DNA of 64,000 bases, taken from positions 4,960,001 through 5,024,000 of the forward strand of contig CM035350.1 in the NCBI GenBank assembly GCA_020137815.1, read 5' to 3'. The notes beneath the pieces are model-generated. The model was not told the DNA's origin. It ran no database searches and saw nothing but the letters and a program-made list of their open reading frames with translations. The stretch comes from Hormiphora californensis. Lineage: Eukaryota > Animalia > Ctenophora. This document shows positions 1 through 13,500 of this stretch, in pieces; position 1 is the first letter of the stretch, and each line of letters starts with the position of its first letter. The position numbers were made by a program, and so were the translations under genes.

Positions 1-1480
1 GCACGTGTGGGGGGGGGGGCAGGGGGTTTGTAGGGGGGGATAGAAAAAAAAACCACAAATTTGCCGGAAGGGATAAAAACATCAACTTCTTTCGGCAATG
101 GAACGGAGAAATCGATATTGAAAATTTTCTCGGAAAAAATTCAGGAGGGGAGGAGAGAGATAGAGAAGAGGGAAAGAGAGAGGGGGAGAGAGAGAGAAGA
201 GCGGAGAGAAGAGAGAGGGGGAGAAGAAAGAGGGGAAGAAATATGGAAAAGTTTTTAAAAAACCCCCCACCCCCCCGTGGTTTTCTCAAAATGGCTTCTA
301 TTTTTGTTTTAAACCTCCCCTAACTTAAGGGGAGGGAAAAAGCAGAAAAGGGTTTTAAAAAAAAAAAAAAGAGATTAGTTCAACAAAATTAAAAAAAAGA
401 GCGAGTTTTTGATGTTTTGCTAAAGTTCTGCCATGCCGTGCCAATGTGGTTGCACATATCCGTTTTAAGGGGGGGGGAAAAAAGGGAAAACAGTTAAAAA
501 AGGGGGGAAAAATTGACAACGAATCATGTTTGGGGACGGGGGAGAGAAAATCAAGACTGCAATAACATCCATGAAGATTGGTGACCCCTACACTAGCCGC
601 GCACGGGGGGCCCCAAAAACGAAGCCCGCGAAGGGGGCGATTTAAAAAAAAATAATAGGGGATGGCTCACCAAAAAGAAGAGACGCAGAGAGAAGGAAAA
701 AAATAGAGAGATAAAGAAGAAGAGATGAGATTGGGTTAGGGGGATGCTCAATTTTGATATTTGTGTCACAGAAGTGTGATCAAAAGCGGGAGATTGTTTC
801 AATTCTTCACCAGTTCCCAGCATTTAAATGGGAGAAAAGAAAAAGGAGAGAGAAGGAGAACGAGAGAGAGAAGCAGAAAAGAGGAGAAACAGAAGAGACG
901 AGTAAAAAAAGAAGAACAAAAAGGGAAAATCGGTTGAGAGTATTGAACTCCCCCCCAGACAAGAGTAGAACACGAGGTCCAACAGGTACAGCTTCACAGA
1001 GAAGCGAGAGAGACATGGCATCAGACTGAGAGAGAGAGAGAGAAGAGGCAGAGCGAGATAGAAGAGGAAGAGAGAGTGACAGAGCGGTAGAGAAGGACTG
1101 ACGAACGCTTACAGATGCAAGCTCAAGCGCATGAGCAGAAGCTGGGAGTCTCGGTAACCCCTTATCGGCAGCAGAGAACAGATATAGGGGAGAGAGAGAG
1201 AGGAAGAGAGAGGGAGACGAGAGAGAAAAGAGGAGTATCGCGACAGAGAGAGAGAAAGAGAGAGAGAGATGATACGAGAGCTGAAAAGAGAGGGGAATGA
1301 GAGACAAGAGAAGAGGATCTCGATGGTAGATTGCTGCGTAATGGGTCGATCAGCTAGCGAGAGCGCTGGGCAGCTCTCTCATCTGCAGGGAGCTCCTGCG
1401 CCTGACGGGGGATGGGCTTTCGCGATGGCATGCGATGATGACTGAGGAGAGGTGAGAGAGAGAGAGATGGAGAGAGAGAA
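1..1480. repeat. Degenerate AG-rich low-complexity / low-quality sequence
   Basis: Broken (AG)n runs and long homopolymers. The ORFs here translate as ER or SL repeats. Confidence 0.7.
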
Positions 1481-2295
1481 AGCCGTGATGCAACTGTTCT
1501 ACTGTTGATCAGAGATGCTGCTGAGAAGTTAATAACACACATCGTGCACTAGTATGATGTCAATACTATCCCTTTAAACCAACACCTTTAAACCAACACC
1601 TTAACACAATTTAATCCCTCTTACTCCAATCGAATATCCACTATGACGTAGTGAAAAACAAGCTCATCGTATATTGAACTACTCAGAAGCAACTATAGTA
1701 GCTCGAGTCTGCCTGGATATATATGTATCTCTGTTAGGTAGGACTGATACAAAGTACTACGAGATACTATCGCACTGTGATAAAATGGGAAGATTGAAAA
1801 AGATCTAACCACAACTTTAGTGCTTGTCATAAGTAGCAAGAGAAATAGTGGGAGAGAAAGATGTAAAATGTGCTTGTTTTAATCGTAGTCGTGAGTCGTG
1901 GGAGCAATCGACGCGATGGTGTAATGGGTAATTCGAGAACAAGATAGACAAAGGGGGATATAATGAGGTGGGCTATTAATTTAAAGCTTGGTCGACTCGT
2001 CCTAGATAGAATACTGTCCTGTCGCCGTCATGTACCTTTTGTGATTCTGTAATTCACTACTGCACTGGCCTGGCCTAAGAATCTGAGTGGCTGAGGTATG
2101 GGCAGTGGGCCATTAGTCAATCTACCGTGTGGGTCAGTAAGTCAATCAAGCTGCAAGTTAATTTTTTTGGTTTACTTAGCCACACGCTGAGCAAACCGCA
2201 TACCGCCCGGGTATGGGTAACTATGGCGCTAAGTCACAAGTTTTAATTCAAAGTCACTACTACTGCAAAACTGTATTACTTTGTGTCGTCATCCT

Positions 2296-2935
2296 ATTTG
2301 TCACCCACTTTGTCACCATGTTTGTTTGTCACCCACTTTGTCACCTTGTTTGTTCGTCGCCGGCCTATTTGTCACCCACTTTGCCACCCTGTTTGTCACC
2401 CACTTTGTCACCCACTTTGTCACCCTGTTTGTTTGTCACCCACTTTGTCACCTTGTTTGTTTGTCACCAGCCTATTTGTCACCCACTTTGTCACCCTGTT
2501 TGTTTGTCACCCACTTCGTCACCTTGTTTGTTTGTCACCCACTTCGTCACCTTGTTTGTTTGTCACCCACTTTGTCACCTTGTTTGTTCGTCACCGGCCT
2601 ATTTGTCACCCACTTTGTCACCCTGTTTGTCACCCACTTTGTCACCCTATTTGTTTGTCACCCACTTTGTCACCCTATTTGTTTGTCACCCACTTTGTCA
2701 CCTTGTTTGTTTGTCACCCACTTTGTCACCTTGTTTGTTTGTCACCCACTTTGTCACCCTGTTTGTTTGTCACCCACTTTGTCACCTTGTTTGTTCGTCA
2801 CCGGCCTATTTGTCACCCACTTTGTCACCCTGTTTGTCACCCACTTTGTCACCTTGTTTGTTCGTCACCGGCCTATTTGTCACCCACTTTGCCACCCTGT
2901 TTGTCACCCTATTTGTCACCATGTTTGTCACCTCA
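2296..2935. repeat. Minisatellite built from tttgtcacc(cac/ttgt/ctgt) 12-28 bp subunits
   Basis: Dozens of tttgtcaccc cores. All three plus frames are open because the unit contains no stop codon. Confidence 0.95.
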
Positions 2936-3087
2936 CCGTTTCGAAGGGTAGAGATGGTGACATTGACATCATGATAATCGAGCAGCTGAGCAGGGATTAT
3001 ATCCCTCTGTTATAATATCGAGTGTAACAGTCTCCACCAACACACACACTGCAGGCAGCTAAAACGTAGAAGGTGCAAGTCAATCAA

Positions 3088-3091
<4 letters not shown>

Positions 3092-3149
<58 letters not shown>

Positions 3150-3157
3150 AGAGAGAT

Positions 3158-3238
<81 letters not shown>

Positions 3239-3240
3239 AA
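3092..3240. repeat. (AG)n microsatellite
   Basis: Directly visible. Confidence 0.97.
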
Positions 3241-3483
3241 TAGTTGGTACACACTCTAAGTCAACCAACAATCAACCACAGACTCTCTGAGCGAGGGGTG
3301 GCAAAAAATATCAAGGTGGAAGAAATGGAGGTTGCAGAAGTCAAGTTAAAATCGAGTTCAGCCACAAAAAGTGCCGGTCCCGATCATACATACTAACATG
3401 TGTACATTGTTTTAACATCATTTAAACATTGAATACTACTCGTAAGAATAAAAAGTAAGAAGATGGAGAAAGACTAGAAAAGT

Positions 3484-3980
3484 GGGGGGGGGGGGTGCAG
3501 CCCCAAAAAAATTCAAACTTTTTCCGAAACCCAGGGTATGGTTGGTTTTTTTGGTCGTTTTTGGTCGTTTTTGGTCGTTTTTGGTTGAAATTTCTTTGAT
3601 TTTTTTGGTCGTTTTTGATTTTTTTTGGTCGTTTTTTATTTTTTTGATCGTTTTTGATTTTTTTTGATCGTTTTTGATTTTTTTTGAATTTTTTTGATCG
3701 TTTTTGATTTTTTTTATTGTTTAATGTTGAACAAAAAGTTCAAAAAAAAATCAAAAACGATCAAATAAAATCAAAAACGATCAAAAAAAATTCAAAAACG
3801 ATCAAAAACGATCAAAAAATCAAAAAAGATCAAAAAAAATCAAAAAAAATTAAAAAAAATCAAAAAAGATCAAAAAAAATCAAAAAAGATAAAAAAAAAT
3901 CAAAAACGACCAAAAAAAATCAACACTTTTGAAAATCCAGGGTATGGTTGGTTTTTTTTGGGCTGCACCCCCCCCCCCCC
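3484..3980. mobile_element. Non-autonomous foldback/MITE-like element with G-run termini
   Basis: Terminal inverted repeats G(n)tgcagccc-A(n) / T(n)-gggctgcaC(n). The left arm of tttttgatcg/tttttggtcg units is mirrored by a right arm of cgatcaaaaa units. Flanked by the direct repeat aaaagt. Confidence 0.8.
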
Positions 3981-4550
3981 AAAAGTACATGGAGTAGAAT
4001 CCGCGTCATGAATCCGTTAGTCGAAACAAATTATTTTCTACTTGTTCACAAGTAATATAAGTCGGTTTTTAGTGGTCCTTCAAGGGGAAACAAATAAATT
4101 GAAATTATAATGTCAACGAAAAAAATAATTCTTACGCACACCTTCGCTCCTTTATACAAACTGTATGTATGCACTGGATGTGGTTTAATATCCCGAGAAA
4201 GAAAGCACAACATCTGATCTTAGCTCCCTGATCCCTCACTCTCCCCAAATCAACCCGAGACAAGTGCCTGTGATGGATCAGGAGAGAGGATGAGAGAGAG
4301 GAGGAAAGTTGTGCATTAGATGATGATGAGGGTGGGTTTAGTATAAAATAGGGCTGAGAGATAGGATCACATGAAGGGAAGGATAGAAAGAAAAAGAAAC
4401 ACCCCGACACTCTTTTAACTCTCTCCCGCGAGGTACTGATCAACAGTGTCAACAACAGATGTAGTATATCGAGTCTCTGCATTTCTTTCTCTCCAATCAG
4501 CTCTCCCTCAAGGATCTACAATCTCACATCAGCCCCAAATGTCCTCAGAT

Positions 4551-7500
4551 CTAGCAAGTGTCAGATCCGGAGACGACAAGTTTCGCCTCGTCAATGTTGA
4601 TATCCCCGATGTTAGCGAAGGTCAGGGTGATCTTCTGTCCGGTGGCACCGCTGGCGCAATCAACAAGGAGAGCAGAGGTCTTGCCCTTCATGGTAACGGT
4701 GGAGCAGGTGTTCTTACCGACCTTAACCTGGGAGGGGGAGAGGGTGGTTAGTGGTGTGTGTAGAGATCAACACCTTTAGAATTAATGTAGGAGTCAGGAG
4801 AAACAACCCAGAGTTATAGCTGTACAATGTACGTAATGTACGTTATTAACGGCTTGGAGATAAAGCTACTATGCCCCGTAGTTCTCTGATTTACATAATA
4901 TATGTAATGTACATACCACAACGTTGCCGGAGTTCTTGGAGCAGCACTTGTGCTTGTTGGAGATCTCAATAGAGGTGACGGTGAAACAGTACTTCATGTC
5001 AATGGTGACAACCTTACTCTTCTTGGACGCAGAGCAGTTGCCATCACAGGGGTACTTGCGGGGATAGGCAATGTATCCTGAATGGGGAGTGTGGTTAGTA
5101 CACTTGCAAGGATAGCTGAGTAGGGAAATGGGGTTAGGGTAATATTTTGGTGGAATGTGGGATTTGAACATATAATATAGATATTGCACTATATTATGCG
5201 TGTATCAATGATGACATACCGGTAGTCTTGATGGGGGTCTTGCCCTTGCAGATTTGGTATTTCTTGGTCTTGGTAATGTAGTGGACACCATTACAGGCAG
5301 AGTTCTTCATACAAGCCTTGGTGGCCTTGGGAAGGGTGCTGTAGGTAGTCTTGCCAATGGGGTTCTTCAGCTTGTAACCGGGACGGGGGTTCCACAGGCC
5401 GGTCGTGATGGGCAGGTAGACCTTGGTGAAGTCAACAGTGGACTCTGAGAAAGAGGAGTTAATTAGATGTCATAGAATGCTAACAGTAATTCTCAAATGG
5501 ACAACACAAAACAAGGGATTATATCAAACACTTACTTCCGTACACCCAGGCATTATCTCCCTCCTTCCATGTGACCTTCTTTCCAGTCCTCAGATGGTAC
5601 TTCTTGCTGGTGTAGTGGACCGAGTTACAGATGGGGTTCCTGGCACACTTGTACATGGCCTTGTTCCTGGTGGTGTAGCTGGTGGTTCCAAATCCAATGG
5701 CACCGGTGGTCTTGTAACCCTCCTTGTAGTACCAGACAGTATCTGAAAAAAGGGGCGGATGATAAATGAAGATCTTACAAAAAGAGTTCTCTTAATCAGT
5801 CAAACCGTAGCATTTATATCCGATTCATTACTAGTGCTCTCTCAAATAACTCATCACTCTCCCTCTATCTTACTCACTCCTCTTATCTCTCAACTTACTA
5901 TCGTAGGTGAAGTAGGGAGTGTAGTCAGTTCCAAGCATCCAGCACTTGTTTCCTGAGCTAGGTGTGAGGGAGGTACCCTGGGCAGTGTAATACTTCTTGC
6001 TGACATAATTCACGCCAGTACACTTGGAGCTCTTGGTACAGGCAACCATGGCCTTCTTGTAGGTCTTGTAACTGGTCTTCTGCTGACTGGTGAGGACCAT
6101 ACCGGGGATGAGATGTCCAGATCTTGAGTCGGTAGGCGACAACCTTGCTACCACGGAAGTAAGGCTTCATACCGGTCTTCTCTTCAGCGGTGTCCTTCTT
6201 ACCCAGCCTGTACTTCTTGGTAGCGGTCTTGGTGACACCAGTACATCCAGTCTTCTTGGAACAGGCAGCCATGGCCTTGGCGAGGGTGGTGTGGGTGGTG
6301 GAGTCAAGATAATCTCCGGTGATCTTATGACCATCGTCCTCTGTAGACCAGACATATCCATCCTTAATGATTCCCTTGCCACGCTTGGTGTAGGCCCGGT
6401 CGTTACCCTCACCCAGATAGAACACCTTGGTGGTGGAGGTGTAGTACTTCTTCTTGGACTCCTTGTAGGAGCATCCCTTGCACTTGGTGCTCTTGTTACA
6501 GGCAGTCAGACACTTCTTCTTGGTAGCATAAGCGGTCTTGCCCAACTTAGAATGGATGAAGGGTCCGTCAACCTTGTAGAAGTAGGTATAGTAGATAGAG
6601 TACTCGACCTTGGTCATCTTCTTGTGGTTCCTCACAAAGGCGGTGTAGTCGGAGTCGGTGTAAAGAGTCCATCCCTTGGTCAGATAGTACTTCTTGCTCT
6701 TGAGCACGAAACCACTGCAGGTCTTCTTGGCCTTGATACAGGCGGCAGCAGCCTTGGCCTCGGTGGAGTAGGATTTCTTGGTTTGGATGCTGCTCAGCTT
6801 GGTTCCAGTCTTCTTGGTGAAGTAGTACTTGGAGTGGAGAACGAAAGGATCTTCCTGCCTCCAGGCGGTACGGCCGTTGTTGGTGCTGAAGGTACTGCCA
6901 GTGTTGGTCCTGTACTTCTTAGTTCCCTCCTTGGTGACTCCCTTACAGGAAGTGGCCTTGGCACAGGCGGCGGTGGCCTTGGCGAGAGTGGTGTATTTGG
7001 TAGAATCGTAATATCCGCTCAGGGTCTTTCCGGCCTGTTTATCCCAGAAGTATTTGTCGGAGGCGAGGATGTCACCACGACGAATCCAAGAGACAGATCC
7101 GTACTTCTCGGTGGTGGTAGAAGACTTGTAGAGGGTGTACTTTCCTCCGGTAAGGGTCATTCCCTTACAGTTAGTGTTAGCGAGACAGTGCTTGAGGGCG
7201 GTATCTCTGTCAGTGTAAGTCTTCTTATCGGCCTTGGTTCCGGAGAGAGTATAAGGTCCCTTGGCGGTGAAGATCTCGTTACCGAAGTAGATATCACGTT
7301 CAGTGTAGTCGAATCCTCCCTTGATGTAGAGTTTCTTGCCCTTTCCAGCCTTGAGGGTAGTATCAGTAGCGAGCTGGTACTTTTTCTTTGAAACATATAC
7401 GATACCAGTACAGGTGGACTTGGTGGCACAAGCCTTGGCAGCCAATGGCAGGGTCTTGTAGACGGTCTTGTCCAGAGTCTTGTAGACGTAGTTGGGGTAC

Positions 7501-10500
7501 AAGGTGTAGCTGTATCCAAGAAGTCCGTAGGTGGTGGATCCCTTAACGTAGACCTTGTAGTTGGTCTTCTTAGTCTTTCCGGACTTGCCCTTAGTGCTAA
7601 GGAAGTACTTGTTGTCAGAACGTCGGACGACGGCCTTACACTTGCTGTTCTTCTTACAGGCAGCGAGGGCCTTGGCGAGAGTGGGGTAGGTGGTCTTGCC
7701 AATCATTCCTCCGAGAGTGTAGTTGGGGTAAGTTCCCCAGGAGTAACCACTCTTGGTGACGGATTTTCCTCCCTTCACCCAGCATTTAAGGAACTTGGGT
7801 CCAGGCATAGGAGTGGATCCGGTGTTGAGACGGTAGTTCTTCTTTCCCTCCTTGGTAACTCCGTTACACTTGGAGCTCTTGGCACAAGCCTTCAGAGCCT
7901 TCTTTTTGGTGGTATATTTGGTAGTGTTAACGTATCCAGACAGTTTGTAGGGCTGCTTGAAGGCCCAGGTATAGCCGCCGTAGGTAATAGTCATGGTGTA
8001 GGTAGTGGGCTTGTCTCCACCACGAATCCAGACGTTCTCGTAGAGAGAAGGCTCGATGGTATATCCCTTGCCCATCCTGTACTTCTTGAGCTTGGAGCTG
8101 TAGGTAACACCGGAACAGTCGGCCTTTTTCTTACAGGCAGCAGCAGCCAGAGCCATGGTCTTGTACGTCTTAGTGTCGTAGTCGTGTTCAATGGCATGGC
8201 CAACAATCTTGGTGTAGTAGATGTTGTTGTGGAGCGCCCACTTGCTTCCCTTGATGTAGGCAGTCATGGTCTTTGAGGAGCTTGGAGTGTTATTGTTGTT
8301 GGTCCTGTACTTCTTGGATCCCTCCTTGGAAACCCTTACAGGGTCAGATTTGGCACAAGCAGCGGTGGCCTTGGTGAGAGTGGTGTAGGTGGTAGTGCTG
8401 TCATATCCGATCAGACGGTATTTAGATTTCATAGCCCAAATGTATCCGTTGCTCTTCACGGCCTTTCCATAATGCTTCCACACCATGGATCCAACGGTGG
8501 GGGTAACGACACTGGTGTACTTGTAGACAGTAAACTTGCCTCCGGCATAAGAGAAACCGTTACATCCCTTCTTCTTCTTTGCCATGCACAGAGCCATGGC
8601 CTTGACAATGGTCTTAGCTGTTCCAAGCTTGGTACCCTTGAAGGAGCTGGGAGAATGTGCCTTGAAGGCTTCATTGGCGAAAGTGACGACATGTTCGGTG
8701 GTGTAGTAAGATCCCTTGTTGTACATGGCAGCTCCAGTGCTGGCTTTGCAGGCACCTCCAGTGAAGAGTTTGTAAGTGCTCTTCTTTACATAAGTGACTC
8801 CGGCACACTTGGCGTTACTGGAACACTTAGCGGCAGCCTTGGGGAAAGTCTTGTAGACCTTCTTGTCCAGAAGGCTGGTAGCGACGTATCCGGAGGTCTT
8901 GGTGTACCTGTAATCGTGAGATGGCTTGATAACAGCAGATTTCTGGTAGGTATCTGTTCCAGAGGATGAAGTAGGGATCTTGCCAGTCATCAGCCTGAAC
9001 TTCTTGGTGCCCTCCTTGTTGACACCGTTACAGGTGGTGGATTTAGCACAGGCAGTCAGAGCGGCGGTCTTGGTGGTGTAGGTCTTGGTATCGGTGGTGT
9101 CATATCCAGCGAGCTTGTAGTCCTCGAACTTGGTCCAGACCTTCTGGGCCTTGAAGGCAGATCCGGCTCCGAGTTTCACCCAACACTGCTGTTTACTGCC
9201 AGGTTCAGGGGCAGATCCAGTTGCGAGGTAGAACTTCTTGCTCTTGTAGGTGACTCCCTTACACTTGCTAGCGGCGGCACAAGCCTTCAGGGCAGCGGGG
9301 AGGGTGGTCTTGGCGGAGTAGGCACCATCAAGCTTCATGGGAGCTTCGTATTGCCAACTGTATCCGGAAACATTGATCAGCATAGACTGACGCTTCACCT
9401 CCTTTCCTCCCTTGAGGTATGAAATGTAGCCGGTCTTGGAGCTGATGGTGTAACCAGTGGAGAGGTAGTAGGTCTTGCTGGCCTTCTTGACGACACCAGT
9501 ACATGTGGAGGCCTTGATACAGGCGGTCTTGGCAGCGGCAACAGTGGTGTACTTCTTGACCGAGGCTGTCCATGTTGTAGTTGGACTTCTTGGTGAAGTA
9601 GTAGCTGCTATACTTCTCAGACTCGTCTCCCTTGATCCAGCAGCGCTTGCCAGACTTCTTGGTGGGGGTACTGCCAGTGTTGGTCCTGAAGTTCTTTGAT
9701 CCCATCCTGGTGATACCCTTACAGGTAGAGCTGGAGAGACAAGTAGCCATGGCCTTGGCAGCGGACTTGTACTTGGTGTTGCTATCGTATCCAGTCAGCT
9801 TGTATCCCTTCCTGAAGTCCCACATGTATCCCTTGGCGAGAACGAACTCTCCTCCCTTGATGTAGGCGAGTTTTCCCTGGGCCTCGGTGGTGGTGGCATC
9901 GCTGTGGGTGGTGTATGAGGTGGAGCTGACACGAGTGAAACCCTTGCACTTGCTGCTTTCAGCACAAGCCTTGTAGGCAAGAGCCTCAGTCTTGTAGCTC
10001 TTCAGCTTGCCCTTGGAGAGCTTGTAGGGAGCCTTGACAGTCCAGAATTCGTCTGAAAATGAGATTCTTTGTTAACTTTCCGATAACTTAACATAAAAGA
10101 TAGATTCATGGTTTGAAAGAGAAAGAATAGAAATGAAAATTGAGACTTACTGGTGTTGTACATGGTCCTGGTGGCCTTCTTGGTGCCTCCCTTGATGTAG
10201 ACAGTGTAGCCAGACTTGGAGCTAGGAGTAGATCCACTGTGAATCCTGTACTTCTTGGTTCCCTGTTTGGTAACTCCGTTACACTTAGAGTTCTTGGCAC
10301 AAGCCTTGAGGGCGGCAGCGAGGGTCTTGTAAGTCTTCTTGTCAGCGTATCCGCTGAGAGTGTAATCGGTCTTGTAAGTCCAGGTGTAATCGTTGGAGAC
10401 AGTGACGGAGCTGCTGGCAATGTAAGCCTTGAGACCGGTAGCCTTGCTCTTGGTTGACTTGGTGGCCTTGACGTATTTGCCGTTCTTCTTCTTGACAACT

Positions 10501-13500
10501 CCCTTACAGGTGCTGGCCTTGGCACAGGCAGCAAGAGCGTAAGAGACAGTGGTGTACTCGGTGGAGTCGAGTCCTCCGAGAGTATAGCCAGAGTAGGTAG
10601 ACCAGGACTTGCCTCCTCCGATGGTGGACTTGCCTCCCTTCACGTAGATTGTGTAGGTCTTGTGAGCCTCGGGGGTGGAGCCAGTGTTCAACTTGTACTT
10701 CTTGCTTCCCTCCTTGGTAACTCCGTTACACTTGGAACTGGCGGCACAGGCCTTGAGAGCCTTCTTGAGAGTGGTGTAGGTCTTGGTACTGGCAGATCCA
10801 GTCAATTTGAAGGGTTTCTTGACAGTCCAGGTGTATTTCTGAGAAGTCATTCCAAAGAGCTGACCTTGATGTTCTTGCCACCCTTGAAGTAGACCTTCCT
10901 GGTAGCGTAGTAGCTTGGCTTGTCACCAGTGTTGATCCTGTAGGTGTTCTTCTTCTGGTAGGTGACACCATTACACTTGGAGCTCTTGGCACAAGCAGAC
11001 TTGGCCTTGTCAAGAGTCTTGTAGGTTTTCGTATCGGCGTATCCAGACAGAGTAACTCCGTCAATGGTGGTCCAGTAGTAGGACTTGTCGAGTTTGTACT
11101 CGCTTCCCTTGATGTAGGCAACCTTTCCAGACGCGGTGGCCACTGTGGTTCCAGTGTTCTCCTGGTAGTAGGTGCTGGATTGTTTGGTAACTCCGTTACA
11201 CTTGCTGTTGGACACACAAGCCTTCATGGCGGCATTCAGACTTGTGCTTGGTGGTGGAAGCAGCTCCAGAAAGTTTCTTGCCAGAGTTCTTTGCCCACAT
11301 GTATCCTCCGTAAGAAGTGTAGGTTCCGATGTGTTCAGAGGCGAAGTAGCCAACCTTGATAGACTGGCTGTTGCCCTTGTTGAGCTGATACTTTCCAGAA
11401 GAGATCCTGGTGAATCCCTTGTAGGTACCCTTGCCGGCAAGAAGAGCATCGTTGACACTGTCGAGAGTGGTGTATGTCTTCTTGGTCTGGAGACTGGACA
11501 TGGTGTATGGAGAGGAAACCTTCATAACCCAAGCTGAAAGGAACATTGATTAGGAGATATATAAGACAATCAATTATCAACAATTTTTCAGGAAGGTTTT
11601 GATCATGAATCTTGAAAATACTTACATTTCTTGGAGTTGGAATGGATGTAGGTGAAAGAGCTCTTGTAGTTAGATCCAAGAACGAACACCTTTAGCCGGT
11701 AGTGGCAGTCTTAGAGTCTCCCTTTCGAGGTAGTACTTGCCCTTTCCGGTGTAAGAAACACCAGAGCAGGTAGATGCCTTGGAGGCACAAGCAGCCAAAG
11801 CGGCAGACTCGGTCTTGTAGTTCTTAGTGCTCAGGTTGGTCTTGAATTTATATCCGGAGACCTTAGTCCAGTAGTAGTCGTTGGAGATCTTGATGGTGCT
11901 ACCCTTCTTGTAGGCAGTGCTGGCACTGTTGGTCTTGGCGGTAGTGGAAGAGTTGAGGCGATACTTCTCGCTAGCCTCCTTGGTTACTCCCTTACATCCA
12001 GCGGCCTTGGAACAAGCCTTCAGGGCCTTGGCAAGAGTCTTGTAGGTTGTGTTATTGTAGTATCCAGAGTACTTAGTCTTGGACTTCTTGGACCAGTTAA
12101 CACCGGAAGCCTTGACGTTCTTTCCTCCCTTGACCCAGACGAGCGGTCCTTGCTGTAAAGAACAGATGAAGAGCTGTTGAGCCTGAAGGTCTTGGCCTTC
12201 TCCTTGGTGACACCAAGACACTTGGTGTTGGCAGCACAAGCAGTAAGGGCGGCCTTACGGGTCTTGTAAGTGGTCTTGTCAGCGTATCCCTTGAGGGTAT
12301 GAGGATACTTGAAGGACCAGCTGTAGTGGCGTAGGTAGTGCTGTAAGTCTGGTGGTAACCTTGGCTCTCCCTTCAGGAAGGCGGTCCTGGTAGAGTACTC
12401 AGTGATGGTGTATCCAGTGTTGGTCCTGTAGTTCTTGGGTCCTTCCTTGGTAACACCATTACACTTGGAGGAGGTGAGACAAGCAGCCATGGCCTTGGAT
12501 TTGGTGGTGTACTTGGTGGTACTAACATATCCAGATAGAGTGTATCCCTCCTTCTCGGTGAAGTAGTACTTCTTGTAGAGAACGTAGGGACTTCCTTGGA
12601 TGTAAGCGTGCATTCCCTTCTTGGTGGCGGTAGTGGCACTCTTGTTGGTCCTGTACTTCTTGGATCCCTCCTTGGTGATACCCTTACAGGCGGTGGCACC
12701 GGCACATACCTTGAAGGCCTTGCTGTCACTGGTATAGGTAACACTGTCGTAGTAACCAGTCAGCTTGGAATTCTTCTGGTGATCCCACATGTATCCCTGG
12801 CTGGCGACAAAGTTACCTCCCTTGGTGTATGCGGTGTATCCGATGGCCTGGGTGGCGGTGGTTGACTTGGTCTTCTGGAAGTTGGTTCCGTCGTGGTTGA
12901 AACCAACACACTTCTTGTCACCCTCACAGGCATCAAGTCCTTGGCAAGGGTGGTGTATTTGGTTCCGTAAGCCTGTTTGAACTTGTAGGGAGCCTTGGCA
13001 TGCCACACGAGGTCACCGTAGAAGATGGTGTGGGATGTCTTGGAAACTCCTCCCCTCACGTAGGCCTTGGCACCGGTCTTCTTGGAGACATCTGATCCGG
13101 TGTTCAACTTGTATTTCTTGGCTGAGTAGTAGGTATATCCGGTACAGGTGGAAGACTTGGCACAGGCCTTGGCGGCAGCAGCCTTGGTGGTGTATACTTT
13201 ACTTCCAGCACCTCCTAGCGCGTAGTTGGCCTTGGGAGTCCACTGGTAGTTATTGGAAACACTCACGCTGTCTCCCATGATGTATCCGGTGTAACCAGAT
13301 ACACTGGATGTGGTGGATGAGGAGTTGATCTTGATATTTGTTGGTTCCCTCCTTGGTAACTCCCTTACATCCGCTGGTGGAGGCACAGGCCTTGAGGGCA
13401 GCCTTGAGGCTGGTGTAAGTCTTGGTGCTCTTGTATCCAGAAAGCTTGGTGTTAGTCTTGGTAGTCCATGTCTTACCTCCATAGCTGACAGATTTGCCAG

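Noticed and set aside
61-1542. ER-rich and SL-rich ORFs
   Set aside because: Translations of degenerate AG/CT microsatellite in low-quality sequence.
2213-3015. Three overlapping 220-250-aa ORFs (CHPLCH / LSPTLSP / FVTHFVT repeats)
   Set aside because: A stop-free minisatellite open in all three frames, with no splice or domain evidence.
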